Assembly: GCF_000372725.1 (NCBI RefSeq)
Contig: NW_005201403.1
Span: 124,001 to 188,000 of the forward strand
DNA length: 64,000 bases
DNA from: Emiliania huxleyi CCMP1516
Taxonomy: Eukaryota
Reading direction: 5' to 3'
Of this stretch, positions 11,459 through 22,810 are shown piece after piece. Below the pieces are notes generated by a model, which had not been told where the DNA came from, ran no database searches, and saw only the letters and a program-made list of their open reading frames with translations. Numbering within the stretch: the first letter of the stretch is position 1; every line of letters starts with the position of its first letter. A program made the translations under genes and the position numbers.

Positions 11459-11803
11459 ATACCGCGTGTCGCGTCGTGGGGTTGGGGGGGGGGGGGGGGC
11501 ACAAAAACACACGAAAAAGCCTTTGGTGATCGGAGTGTGGTCCCGTGGTCCCCAGAAAGCACACACACACATGCCATTCCATATACTCAAGGTATAGGGT
11601 CTGCGCGGTGTCTCTAGCTCTATCACAAACAACCCCTGTCTTGGCACGTCGATCCCAATGAACACATACACAGTCAAGTGTGTGCGTGACGACCGGCGCA
11701 TACATACACCCTGCGCCACACCTCTGGCTCTCCCTCCCCGCCCTCTCCCCTCTCATGCGTCCCAAGACCCACTCCTCAAGTCATCACAGAGACTTTTCCC
11801 AGC

Positions 11804-13115
11804 TCACTCGCCAGGCGTGACGGACGCCTTGCCCGAACCGGTCTTCCGTTTGCGCATAAAGTATACCAAGCCGGCGATGAAGACGAGGGCGGCGATGCCG
11901 CCGAGCACGCCGCCGATAATGCCGCCCATCGGAGGCCCCTCGTAGGGCGGCGGGGCCGGCGGGTAGTTGTAGCCGCCGCTGGTGGCAAGAGTGATTACAT
12001 TGGAGCCTGAGCTTGCAGAGGCGCTCTCCAGGATGTCCTGGAGGGTTGCACCCATGTAGTTATTCGTGTTGAGGTTTGATTGGACCCAATCCGGGTCGTT
12101 GAGGTTCGTGCTGGCCGTGCTGGCGGCGGTCAGGCTGGTGAACAGTAGGGTCACCTTGATGACCACGCTCCCCGCGTAGGTCTCGCAGCTGGACCTGTCC
12201 GACGCGCTGGTATCGGCGATAACCTCGGCGCACCACTTTTGGGCCTTGGTCGTGCCGTCCGACTCGATATCGGTCACCTCCTCGATGGTCATGTTAAACG
12301 TCGCCTCGTACTCGACCTCGTTGTACGCCGTCGTGGTGATGCCCGGCGGCAGAGGCGGGGCGGGCGGTGGCGAGCTGTACCACGTGCAGGTGCTGGAATC
12401 GTGGCTGGTCACCATGGAGTCGTAGTTGACGGCCATGGGGTGGCCGCAGCCAATCACCGTGCTCTTACACGTCCCGTCGTTGCCGGTGGCGGCCGGGTTA
12501 TAGTTGACGGCGTACGAGTCGGTGCAGCCAAACACCTTGCCGGTGCAGTTCGAGTTGACGGTCGCGGTCGGCTCGAAGTTGGCCGAGTAGAGGTGGTCCA
12601 TGCAGCCGATGATCGGGTACTTGCACCAGTTGCCGGTGTCGACAGTCGCCTTCGAGTCGTAGTTGACGGCGAGGGAGTCCATGCAGCCCTCGATCGCAAC
12701 CACGCAGTCGGCCGGATCGGTCGCAGCGGCGTTGTACGGGAACTTGGTCGTCTCGTTGGTCGAGTACGTGCTCCCCCAAATGCCATACGGCAGGAGTGGC
12801 AGCGAAAGCCCCGGAGCGAACTTGCCGCCGTAGCCATTGAACGTGGCAGTGCCCGACGGAGCGCCATCGTAGAGGCCCTGGTCGATGCTGCAGCCCGACA
12901 CCTTGGAGACGCAGGTGCCCGCCACCGTCGCCTCGGAGTTGTAGTTGTACGCCGTCGGGTCCATGCAGCCGATCGTCGGGTACGTGCAGCGGTCCGACTG
13001 CTTCGCGGTCGGGTCGAAGTTCAGCGCAGTCGGGAAGAGGCAGCCCTTCTCCGAGACGTCAGCTGGCACAGCGCAGGCCTGCGGCACGTGCACCTCCGCC
13101 TGCGGCTCGAGCGCC
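11804..13115 (-). CDS. Type I membrane protein with GC(M/T)D..A.N(Y/F)...A...C repeats, Pro-rich stalk, TM helix and short basic tail; 5' end not found
   Basis: Six repeats, e.g. GCMDPTAYNYNSEATVAGTC and GCTDSYAVNYNPAATGNDGTC. TM GGIIGGVLGGIAALVFIAGLVYF followed by MRKRK. The coding region appears to begin at a splice acceptor (TTACAG) near 13116. Confidence 0.75.
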
Positions 13116-13348
13116 TGTAACGCCAACCCGAGCACGACGTTGCAGCGTTGTTAACAGCCGGCTGTGAATGTCCCACGATGCACGGGCGAACGGAATCGTG
13201 TAGATGAGTGTAGGAGTGTCAGGAACTCAGGATGCTGCAATCAGGGGGGGTGTGTGTGTGTGGGGGGGGGGGGGTTGTCGACAGTGCGAGAGGGAGCACG
13301 GGCGAGAGGGATGGAGGCACGCGTGCGGAGGGAGGGGGGAGGACGTGT

Positions 13349-13931
13349 AGAAAGAAAGAAAGAAAACAGACACGCCAAACGAGGGATGGGACGAGGACAG
13401 GGTCCCCACCTGCACGAGCAGGATTTTGGAAGGACGATCAGGGGGACAGGTGGGGCTCTCCTGCTCCTGACAAGGGACACGACAGGCTCGCAGCGCGGTG
13501 CGCGGAGGACGTGTAAATAAATAAATAAATAAAACGGGCACGCCAAACGAGGGGTGGGAGAGGGACAGGGTCCCCACCTGCACGAGCAGGATCTTTGAAG
13601 GACGATCAGGGACACAGGGGAACGGGAGCGGGGAGCGCATCGCGACACGGAGGGGGGCTGGGGGCAGGGTTCACCCACACGACAGGGTCCCAGGGATTCC
13701 TCTCTCGTATAGGACAGGTTGCACCCGGCGGCACGGGGGCAGGCGCGGGCCTCCTACTGGTTGCGCTCTCCTAGTTCTCCTGCTCCTGACAAGGGACAGC
13801 GACAGGCTCGCAGCACGGTGGACTCCCTATTCCACTGGCGATCTCTCTCGACTAGCGACCTTCCTCCGGCTTCTCACCAGCAGTCTCTCACTACCACGGG
13901 CACACTGACAGAGGCGGCCAAAAGGCTCACG
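13349..13931 (-). mobile_element. Repeat family B, two stacked copies; probable 3' ends of a non-LTR retroelement with (TTTC)n/(TTTA)n tails
   Basis: Near-identical segments at 19730-19912 and 58236-58495, and inverted at 62638-63505. Confidence 0.75.
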
Positions 13932-13993
13932 TGGGTGGCAGGACGTGTAGAGCAAATGGTGGAATGTTTAAAGATTCTTTTCCGAGGGACGAG

Positions 13994-15140
13994 ATGAAGC
14001 GCGTGAGCGTGGCGCTCCTGCTCGCTGCGACGCCGGCCGTCGCGGTGAGCCACGTCGCGCGCGTGCGCGCACCGCGGCCCGCGCACCGCCACGCGCGAGT
14101 TGCCTCCGTCGCCGTGGTCGACGTGCGGCAGCGTGGCGTGGGCCTTGGCAGCAGCGCAGCTCGAGGACGGCTGCCAGTGATGCTGGAGGGCGGTCCGCCG
14201 CCGGAGCCTAGCGTCGAGGAGGAGGTATTTGGCGAGATGGAGGGCGAGCTCGACCGCTTCGATCGGCTGCTGAAGCGGCTGCCCACCGTGGCGGTCGGCA
14301 CGTCGTCCAACGCCCTCGTCGTCCTGTCCTCCATCTTTGCCTGGTTCGTCACGCCCACGCGGATTCCGGCGGCGGTGACCGTGGGTGTGGCCGGCGCGGC
14401 GGGCAAGCAGGTTGGGGAGAAGCTGCGCAACCGGCGGCGCGCCGTCGTCCCCGCGGCGATCGCCGAGATGGTGAACAAGGACGGCCTCAAGCGGCTCGAC
14501 CGCGCAAAGGTCGCCTGGCGGGCGGAGCGGTACTACATTCCATTAGATGAATAAGGATATGATATTGCTGCATGTTGTGTCGTAAGGTCGCCCGGCTGGC
14601 GGAGCGGTACGACGTCCCGCCCGAGCTCTTCGAGGAGCAGCTGCGCGGCGTATATGCGCGCTTCCTCGGCGCACTCGTCGACGACGAGGAGGCGCCGCCG
14701 CAGCCACTCCCGCCTCGCCTCTCCTCCCTCCGCCTCGCCTCCCCTCCCTCAGCCGTTGCCTCCCCCGCCCCCGCCCCCCTGGCTGCCTCACCTGCCCGCC
14801 GACTGCCTGCTCGGCCGCCAAGGTGGAGCCTTCCGACGTCTCGAAGCTCGCGGCGCTGCGGCGCGGGCTCGGGCTCGGCTGGAAGGTGAGTCCGTCGTAT
14901 CCACCTTGATGAGGGGAGAGAGGAGTGGGCCCTAATCAGCGTGGCTCGGCTGGAAGGCGACCGAGTCGATCCACGTCGCCGAGGCAGCCTCTCTCGCCGG
15001 CGAGGAGGCGCCGGGCGCCGAGCTTCCCGAGCCGCTCTCCAAGCTGCTCTGGGCGTCGATGACGCTCTTCTCGACCTCGCGCGGCTCTGCCTCAGCAGAC
15101 GAGCTGCTCTCCACGCTCGGACTGAGCGAGGTGGACGTGT

Positions 15141-15235
<95 letters not shown>

Positions 15236-16590
15236 GGAGGGGAGCAGTAGGGAGGAGCAGTAGGGAGGAGGAGGAGGAGGAGGAGGAGGAGGAGGAGGGG
15301 GAGGAGGAGCAGTAGGGAGGAGCTCTCCTCCGCCCTCGGACCAAGCGAGGGCGGGGCGACCAGCCCCGACCCCCCGCCAGGACCCGGCCCGGGCGCCACC
15401 CCCCCCCCCCCCCCCTTTTGGGCACGCCTCAACTCTTTCCCCATCGCAATGCCCTGGCGCACACCCCGCCCCTCTGCCCCGCCCCGCCCCTCTGCCCCAC
15501 CCCGCCCCTCTTACCGCCTCGCGGCAGGCGCGCGCGCGCGGAGCCGTCAACGAGGTGTCGGCGCCGCTCTATCGTGCGGCTCTCGCGCAGGCCAACCGGC
15601 AAAGTGGGGCCGCACCCCGGCCGGGTCCCCTCCCCCGTAGCCTCCCCCGCCCCCTTGCCTGCAGGCGGTCGGTCGGTACAACCGCACGCAGACGCCGCTG
15701 GTGCTGCAGACGGCGCGCAAGCCCTCCCCCCTAGCCGCAGCCCTCCCTCCCTGCGGCGGACACTCCTTTTGTGGCGAGTGCAGGTGCGGAAGGCGCTCAA
15801 CCTGCCGGAGGAGGCGGCGCAGGCGGTGCACCAGGCGAGACCGCATCGGACGGTGTGTGTAGCACGACAGGATGGGGTGAGAGCTCGCCGGGTGCTTTCC
15901 TCTTAGGACGTGTACGACTCGCAGCTGGCGAAGTGCCTGCCTTCCCCGGGCGACGATGGCGCGGCGGACGCGGAGCTTAGCGACGAGACAAAGGCACGCC
16001 GCAGACTCGAGTAGGCTGCAGCAGACTCCACAGTCGGAGCACCCACATCTCCCCACATCTCCCCACATCTCGGCAGCAGATTCCGCAGCGGAGCAGCCAC
16101 ACAGTGGGAGAGGGGCCGAGTGCGGAGGAGAGGGGCGCACGCGCGTGCTCTAGAGCGGTGCCCCCCCCCCCCCCCCCTTCCCCACAGGCTCGACCGGCTG
16201 CTCGCCTCGGCGCAGTACGGAGAGAGCGAGCGCAAGGCGCTCGACGCCGCCGCCACCCAGCTGGGCCTGCCGGAGCCGCTCGCGCGGAAGCTCGCCCTCG
16301 ACGCGTACTACGGCTGGCTCCTCGACCTGACTGAGGGCTTCGGCTCGCGGAGCAGCGACGCCAAGGCGGAGCTCGAGCGCTCTGCCGAGCTGCGCGCCTG
16401 TCTGCAGCTCGAGCCCTCCGCCGTCGGCGAGCTCTACTCCAACACCGAGATCGACGCGTCGGTGTTGTCCGCCTGCTGCGACGCCCTCGCGCCCGGCTCG
16501 GAGTACGAGGCGATGGAGACGATGCAGCACCTCGAGCGCGCGCTCGACGCGCGGCCCGGCGTCGTGGCGCAGATCCTCCGCACCTCGTGA
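13994..16590 (+). CDS. Plastid-targeted Tic110-like envelope protein (spliced)
   Basis: Bipartite presequence MKRVSVALLLAATPAVA, two hydrophobic helices, then VARLAERYDVPPELFEEQLRGVYARFLGAL...KLAALRRGLGL...IH, which resembles the Tic110 N-terminal soluble region. Introns 14510-14586, 14692-14822, 14886-14956 and more; last exon ends VVAQILRTS. Confidence 0.55.
15141..15320 (+). repeat. (CAG)n microsatellite of about 28 units followed by (TAG)/(GAG) runs, intronic
   Basis: Directly visible. Confidence 0.95.
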
Positions 16591-18743
16591 TGGTGGCGAG
16601 TGCCGCCGGATGCAATGCACGAGCAGCGAGGAGCGGTGAGGATGCTCTTCCGTCAAGTTAACCGACGCGCTCGCGAACGAGTCCGAATATCGCGGCATCA
16701 GCAATCACAGACTACCTATTGGTGCCCCGCCCCCCGAAATTGGTGGGGCGGGGGAGAGAGAGCGACGAGACTCGAGAGAGCTGTGCAAGGTCTTGTACAC
16801 GCGGGCTACCCGTCGAGAGCAGCAGGGGGAGAGAGATGGCATGAGGGAGATGGGTTCTACATTGCGGAGTGGGCGAAAGAAAAGTGTAAGAGCAACCTTA
16901 GGGGACCCCTAGGCTTAAAAGGGTGGGGAGCAAAGGAGTAGTGCGCATCCTCGACTGCCGCCCCTCACAGCTCGATGTGGGCGATGGCCAGGTTGCAGGT
17001 TCCAGGCACTGTGCGTGGCCCACTGGTTGGGTAGTAGTCTAAGTTCTGAGCCTGGAGGCCTAACGGGTCTAAGTGTGGCTAGCCACGCTGGAGTGCTTGA
17101 GCGGTCTAAGATCAGCGGGAGCCTCTTACATCGGCTAAGTCGGCCGTGGACGGCCTGGGGCCAAGAGGCTCCCACCGTGATCAACGTACAACGATACGGC
17201 GCAGCCCCCAAATTTTCTTCGCCTGCGGCGGGCGATCGATCCTTCTCATGCTCAGCAATCGCCGCCTCAGCATCCTCCTCTTCCGATTCTCGTTGCTGCT
17301 TCTTGAGCGCAATCTTCGGCGACTTCTCGCCAAACAGTTCTCACAAATAGCCTCAAGCTCAAACAAACGCGTGTCAGAGAAGCCTGTGTATGCTGGTCCT
17401 CTTTGAACGATCCGCGCGTGAGGTAGCATAGGGCCTTGTTGGCAGCAGCCAGCTTGTTGCGCTGCTTCGTTGCGATGAGCTGATTGGGATCGCAGAAGTG
17501 CATGCCAAGCACCGCCACGATCTTGAAGCAGAACACATCGCAACCGCATCGTCCGCACTGCCATCGGCATGCCGCGCCCGCCGCTTCGCCGCAGCCGCCT
17601 TAAGGCACGCATAGCGGCAGCATATGGTACGTTGCGCGTACTTGAGCAGGCGTTGCGCGCCGCAAGTGGCGCACTGGCCCTGGGAGAAGGCGATATGGCG
17701 TCGTGCGCGGCAAACGTTGGTCGGGACGCGTCCAGGTATTTTTCGTAAACCTGAAAGCTTTTCAGGTATACCCGGGTTTTACCCGGAGTTGGCCTTATGT
17801 TGTAGGATATTGGCCTTATGTCGTCTAAGTTCATGGCCCCCGACCATGAGGGTCTAAGTCTGAGCCCGGCTCCGTGCGGGGGCTAAGTTGAGCGCTCGCT
17901 CGCTGCAGAGGCTAAGTGTAGAGCGACCCTCTAGCCCTACTACCCAACCATTCGTGGCCCCGCACGCGGCGGCGCGGCACCGTCCGGCCAACCCGTCGCG
18001 AGGAAGCCCTGGCGCGCCTGCGGCTTAAACGGCTTAAAACGGGCCTAGGCCCATTTTAAGGCTGCCTGGGCCGCCGAATCCTTAAACGGTCTTAAACGCT
18101 TAAACGGTGCGGGAGAGCTCCCGTGTCATCGGCCGAGGTCGATGGTCCGGGAGGCTCCCGGTAGAGCCGTATGCGGTAGACGCCGTAGGCCGGGAAGCTG
18201 GCTACAGTCAGCTAGCACGCGTCCCCTATGCGAGTATGGCTCCTGCCAGTGCACCAGACTTACAGATGTGTCTTCAGAGGCGGGTTTGTGCCCAATAACG
18301 GCAGTATTGGACAATTGGAGAAAACGGCGCGGAACCCAGCGACGCATGCCGGTGAGGCCGATTTTCTTAAACGGTCTTAAAAGAGGGACCCCCCGTGCCT
18401 GCAATCTCTTAAATGGCAAGTTAAGCCCCCAAACCTCCTCGTTTCTTAAAAGGTCTTAAAAAAATCCAAGAGAGTAGTAAGATCTAAGAAGGCGGGAGAA
18501 TCCAAAAAAGCCGCCCAAAAAGCCACAAAAAGCCAGCGAGCCTCCCGTTACGCGATTGCTCGCGAAGCGCAGCATGATGCGTGGCCAGCGTGGGAGCAGG
18601 CCGGCGCCGACGCTGCCAGAAAATCCGGCCCTCAGAACCCTAGGGTCCCCTAAGAGAGCAACCGTTACGCCTTTGAGGCTTGATCTCTCACCCACCCAGC
18701 ACCAGTGTCTCACACGGACGACCACTCACGGGCGCCGCGCGCA

Positions 18744-19490
18744 ATGGGCGCCGGCTTCGAGCGCAGCCGCGGCTGGCGGGCTAAAATAGACTTTGCATTA
18801 GACAAGACTGTATTCGACGAGCACGCGATGCCGCTTGAAGCCGCTCGAGCCAAAGCAGAGGTCAAAGCGTCCAAGCGTCCCGACCTCCTTGGCTTCTCCA
18901 AGCCCTCCTGGAACTCCTCCACACTGCCAGAAAACTTTGTTCCGTTTCCAGAGCGACCGATGATGCACCAATTGTCCAAGTATCACTCGCTCAAACGGTT
19001 CGACTACGACCACCGTGCTGAAGTGCTGGAGGCAAGTGATGGCAACTCCGACTCCCAATATATTGGCCGGGGAAGCAAACTGCAGTACACGGAGCGGCAC
19101 ATCGCACGCTCAGCGCCGGCGTTGAGCATTTTACGATCGGCCCCACTTCATCCAGCGCTGAGGGATAAGGCGCGGTGGAACGTGACGACCGGGGGCGAAC
19201 CACATGAGGCGGCCAAAGCGCACAGGCTGCGGGCGGAGATGCAGCTCCGTTCCGCGGCACGCAACTCGAGGAGGCACGGGGTTCCTCCCGGTCGCGTGGG
19301 AGCTATGGAGCGCTCCGTTGCACTCATTGATCAAGAGCGAGCCCGCAAGAAGGCGACACGACTCTTTGGAAACACAGCCCGTCCCGATTCACGGCCGCCG
19401 CTCTCGGAATCTGATAAACTTGAGCTATCGCCGAGTCGGCAAGTGCCTTGCAAAGCAGTGACCACCTGGAGCCTTGGCGGCTTCTGCTGA
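18744..19490 (+). CDS. Hypothetical protein
   Basis: 248-codon ATG-initiated ORF with balanced composition (MGAGFERSRGWRAKIDFALDK...WSLGGFC). No family recognised. Confidence 0.5.
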   Translation: MGAGFERSRGWRAKIDFALDKTVFDEHAMPLEAARAKAEVKASKRPDLLGFSKPSWNSSTLPENFVPFPERPMMHQLSKYHSLKRFDYDHRAEVLEASDGNSDSQYIGRGSKLQYTERHIARSAPALSILRSAPLHPALRDKARWNVTTGGEPHEAAKAHRLRAEMQLRSAARNSRRHGVPPGRVGAMERSVALIDQERARKKATRLFGNTARPDSRPPLSESDKLELSPSRQVPCKAVTTWSLGGFC

Positions 19491-19679
19491 GTCACTGGTT
19501 CTTCGCCGCTGCGGTATAGCTCAGAGAGAGGGGGTTGGGGTCTGTCATCAGCAGTCACGAGTGCCAGCACCACCGCAACATTCTGTTTGTGCCAGTCTTA
19601 GGTGTATTGTTGGCAAATCAAGACACAGAGCTCACACAGAATCACAGCGGGAGGAAAGCGGCGAGTCGCCAGTGTGCAA

Positions 19680-19912
19680 AAAAGAAAGAAAGAAAACCGA
19701 ACCCAAGGGAGGGATGGGGGGGGGGGGGAAGAAAGAAAACAGACAACCCAAACGAGGGATAGGGGAGGAGGACAGGGTCCCCACCTGCACGAGCAGGATT
19801 TTGGAGGACGATCAGGGGGACAGGTGGGCTCTCCTGCTCCTGACAAGGGACACGACAGGCTCGCAGCGCGGTGCACGGTGGAATCCCAACTCCACTGGCG
19901 GTCTCATCTCAG
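19680..19912 (-). mobile_element. Family B copy plus a short family C terminal fragment
   Basis: 19730-19912 matches 13360-13505 and 58250-58428. 19680-19718 resembles the reverse complement of 62340-62380. Confidence 0.75.
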
Positions 19913-19937
19913 TGGGAGGGATGGGAGTGCGCCAATT

Positions 19938-21980
19938 AGCACTTGGAGCACTTGGAGTGCATTCATTAGCCTCACATCCATTAGCGCAGCTAAAATGACC
20001 GCGCAAGATATAAAGGGTGGCTAAGGGCTCTGCATGCACGCAAGGCGCCCGCGTCGCAGACGCGGTACCATTGACACATCTGCAATATACCCCCACACGA
20101 ACAAATAGCAAAATCCGAATACCGTGCAGAAACCATGTGATGTCGGCCGTGGTCCGTGGACGGGGGCAAGACTTCAGCTGGTGCCAAGAAAGACTTGGAG
20201 CACTTGGAGTGCAGTCATTAACCTCACATCCAGGGCCGGGGAGCTGAGAAGCGCACCCAGCGAGCCGGATGATCGGTATCGGGCTACAAGACATTCGTAA
20301 AATTGAAGCCAGGAACGTCCGCCAAATCCGTGCTAGGGAAAGCTGATCGAGCCCAGCGTGCCCGCGGCCGCCTCCCGCGCAGTACCGCCGCTGGGGACGA
20401 CACGCTGCGGAATCGGATCGAGCCCATGCACGGGCAAAGAAGGACGCTGCAGAAGCGGTTGGAGAGGCAGCCGGCGTCTGCCGTCACAACGAGTCCCAGC
20501 GCTGGTTGGACATGCGCGTCGGCTCGCCCGAGGACTGCTGTCGCGACCCTCCCGTCGTGACGCAGCCTCCAACGAGCTCTGCAACCGAGGAGAGTGAGGG
20601 TGCGCCTCCCCTCACTGCTGACCTGGCTGCGCACCGCCCCACAAAGCACCCCCTCGAGCATCTCTACAAGAGTACAAGTACAAGGGCGGCCTTCTCCAAG
20701 TCGTCAACACGCCCGGCGGCTCCGGCAAGACTTTAGCCTTGGCCACCCTCCTTGCGGAGCAGGAGGAGATCCGCTCTCGGTCGGCAACGTGGCAGCTAGT
20801 CGCGGGACTCGGTAGTTGTGACCCCCCTCTGAGTGAGGACAGGAGAGAGAGAGCTTTTGTGGTGTTTGGTGTACGCAATAACGGGACAGGGTAGTCGTTC
20901 TCTCTAGCTCCCCTTCTAGCTCTTAGCATGAGCTGGCCTGCGCCCTGTGTCCGACCCCTTTTGCGCAGCAACACCTTAAACTTTTAGGCCCTCCAAATTC
21001 GGGTCGGAGCGTAGGCGTAGCGGAGTGGGCCCCGAGTTTGAAAAGGGCGACGGACGCTTGCTTCCTAGCCTCCAACAACGCCTCCCCGGCGCAGAGGGGC
21101 CCCCGGAGGGATGCCCAACCGCTCCACGCCACGCCGCTTGCGGCGGTCCTATTCCCAGCTCCGCTGACGCACTTGGAGCACTTGGAGTGCAGTTGGTAGC
21201 CTCACATCCAGGGCCGGGGAGCTCAGAAGCGCACCCAGCGGGCCGGATGATCGGGATCGGGCTACGGGCTAGAGAGCCCTGACCCCTAAGAGCTAAGTAA
21301 GGGGGGGGTGCGCGGTCGCAGGGCCATAACACGTCTCCGAGGGATAGTTCCGTGTACCGGGTTACCCCTTAACTGCAGAACGCACCCTCATCCTCGACCG
21401 TGGGGAGGTGCGCGGTCGCAGGGCCATAACACGGGTCTCCGAGGGTTGGTTCTGCGCTCCGGGTTTCCCCCAGCGGCGGAATTTTTCCCTCGCGCTGTGG
21501 GTCCCCCTAGCTGCGGAACGCCCCCTCTACTCGGAGCTAAAGAATACTCTCCGAGGGATAGTACCGCGCTCCGGGTTTCCCCTAGCAGCAGAACGCCCCC
21601 TCTACTCGGAGCTATAATACTTGGAGCACTTGGAGTGCAGTCGGCAACCTCACATCCAGGGCCGGGGAGCTGAGAAGCGCACCCAGCGAGCCGGATGATC
21701 GGCATCGGGCTACGGGCTAGAGAGCCCTGACCCCTAGCTAGGGGGGGTGCGCGTTCGCAGGGAAAGGGCACTTGGAGCACTTGGAGCATAACACGGGTCT
21801 CCGAGGGTTAGTTCTGCGCTCCGGGTTTCCCCCAGCGGCGGAATTTTTCCCTCGCGCTGTGGGTCCCCCTAGCTGCGGAACGCCCCCTCTACTCGGAGCT
21901 AAAGAATATTCTCCGAGGGTTAGCCCCGCGTACCAGGTTTCCCCTTAACTGCAAGGACGCCCCCTCTACTCGGAGCTAGT
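19938..21980 (+). repeat. Repeat family A cluster (ACTTGGAGCACTTGGAGTGCAG...CCTCACATCCAGGGCCGGGGAGCT...GCGCACCCAGCG.GCCGGATGATCGG and linked modules)
   Basis: Copies near 19938, 20192, 21168 and 21618; a tandem module at 21426-21570 and 21787-21930. Also at 42420-42852, with an inverted fragment at 5895-5940. Confidence 0.85.
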
Positions 21981-22139
21981 GATACGTGATACGGGAATAC
22001 GTACCGCCCCCACGCAGTACCTACACTAATCGACGAGAATACAAGAATACGCAGCTGCGAGACGCCTTACTCGAAGATAATACGAGAATACGCAGCTGCG
22101 AGGCACCTGTCGAGCAGCTTCCACGGCGAGCAGCTTACT

Positions 22140-22810
22140 TGAGGCGGCGAGGGAGGAGGCGAAGGCGAGGGAGGAGGAGGCGGCGAGGGAGGAGACGGCA
22201 AGGGAGGAGGCGGCGAGCGAGGAGGAAGCGAGGGAGGAGGCGGTGAGGGGGGGGGCGGCGAGGGAGGAGGTGGCAAGGGAGGAGGCGGCAAGGGGAAAGG
22301 CGGCGAGGGAGGCGGCGGCGAGGGAGGCGGCGGCGAGGGAGGAGGCGGCGAGGGAGGAGGAGGTAGAGGAGGCGGCGAGGGGGGAGGAGACGAGAGAGGA
22401 GGAAGCGAGGGAGGAGGCGGCGGGGAAGGAGGCGAGAGGGGAGGCGGTGAGGGAGGAGGCGGCAAGGGATGAGGCGGCAAGGGAGGAAGCGGCGAGGGAG
22501 GAGATGGCGAGGGAGGGGGCGGCGAGGACGGCAAGGGATGAGGCGGCGAAGGAGGAGGCGGCGAGGGAGGAGGCGGCAAGGGGAGAAACGGCGAGGGAGG
22601 AGGTGGCGAGGGAGGGGGAGGCGAGGGAGGGGGTGGTGAGGGAGGAGACGGCGAGGGAGGAGGTGGCGAGGGAGGGGGGGGAGTGGGGGGGGAGGGAGGG
22701 GGTAGCAGGGGAGCAAGGAAGGGGATGGCGGAGGAGGCGAAGGCGGGCGAGGAGGCGGCGGGGGTTGGCACGGAGGCGGCAGAGACGAAGAGGGGGGAGG
22801 GGGGGGGAAT
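22140..22810 (-). repeat. Degenerate 15-bp repeat encoding (SPPPP)n; probable decayed Pro-rich coding fragment
   Basis: GGCGAGGGAGGAGGC-type units; the minus frame reads SPPPPSPPPP with many substitutions and no flanking domain. Confidence 0.7.

Noticed and set aside
13400..13480. HDV-like ribozyme in family B
   Set aside because: Crossing helices exist, but no P3/P1.1/P4 or catalytic J4/2 strand could be placed.
15141..15320. Poly-Gln/Ala/Cys coding tract
   Set aside because: It follows a donor-like site and is bounded by stops in the gene's frame, so it is intronic.
17181..17834. 217-aa ORF as a transposase
   Set aside because: No recognisable catalytic motif, and the coding-like signal shifts between frames.
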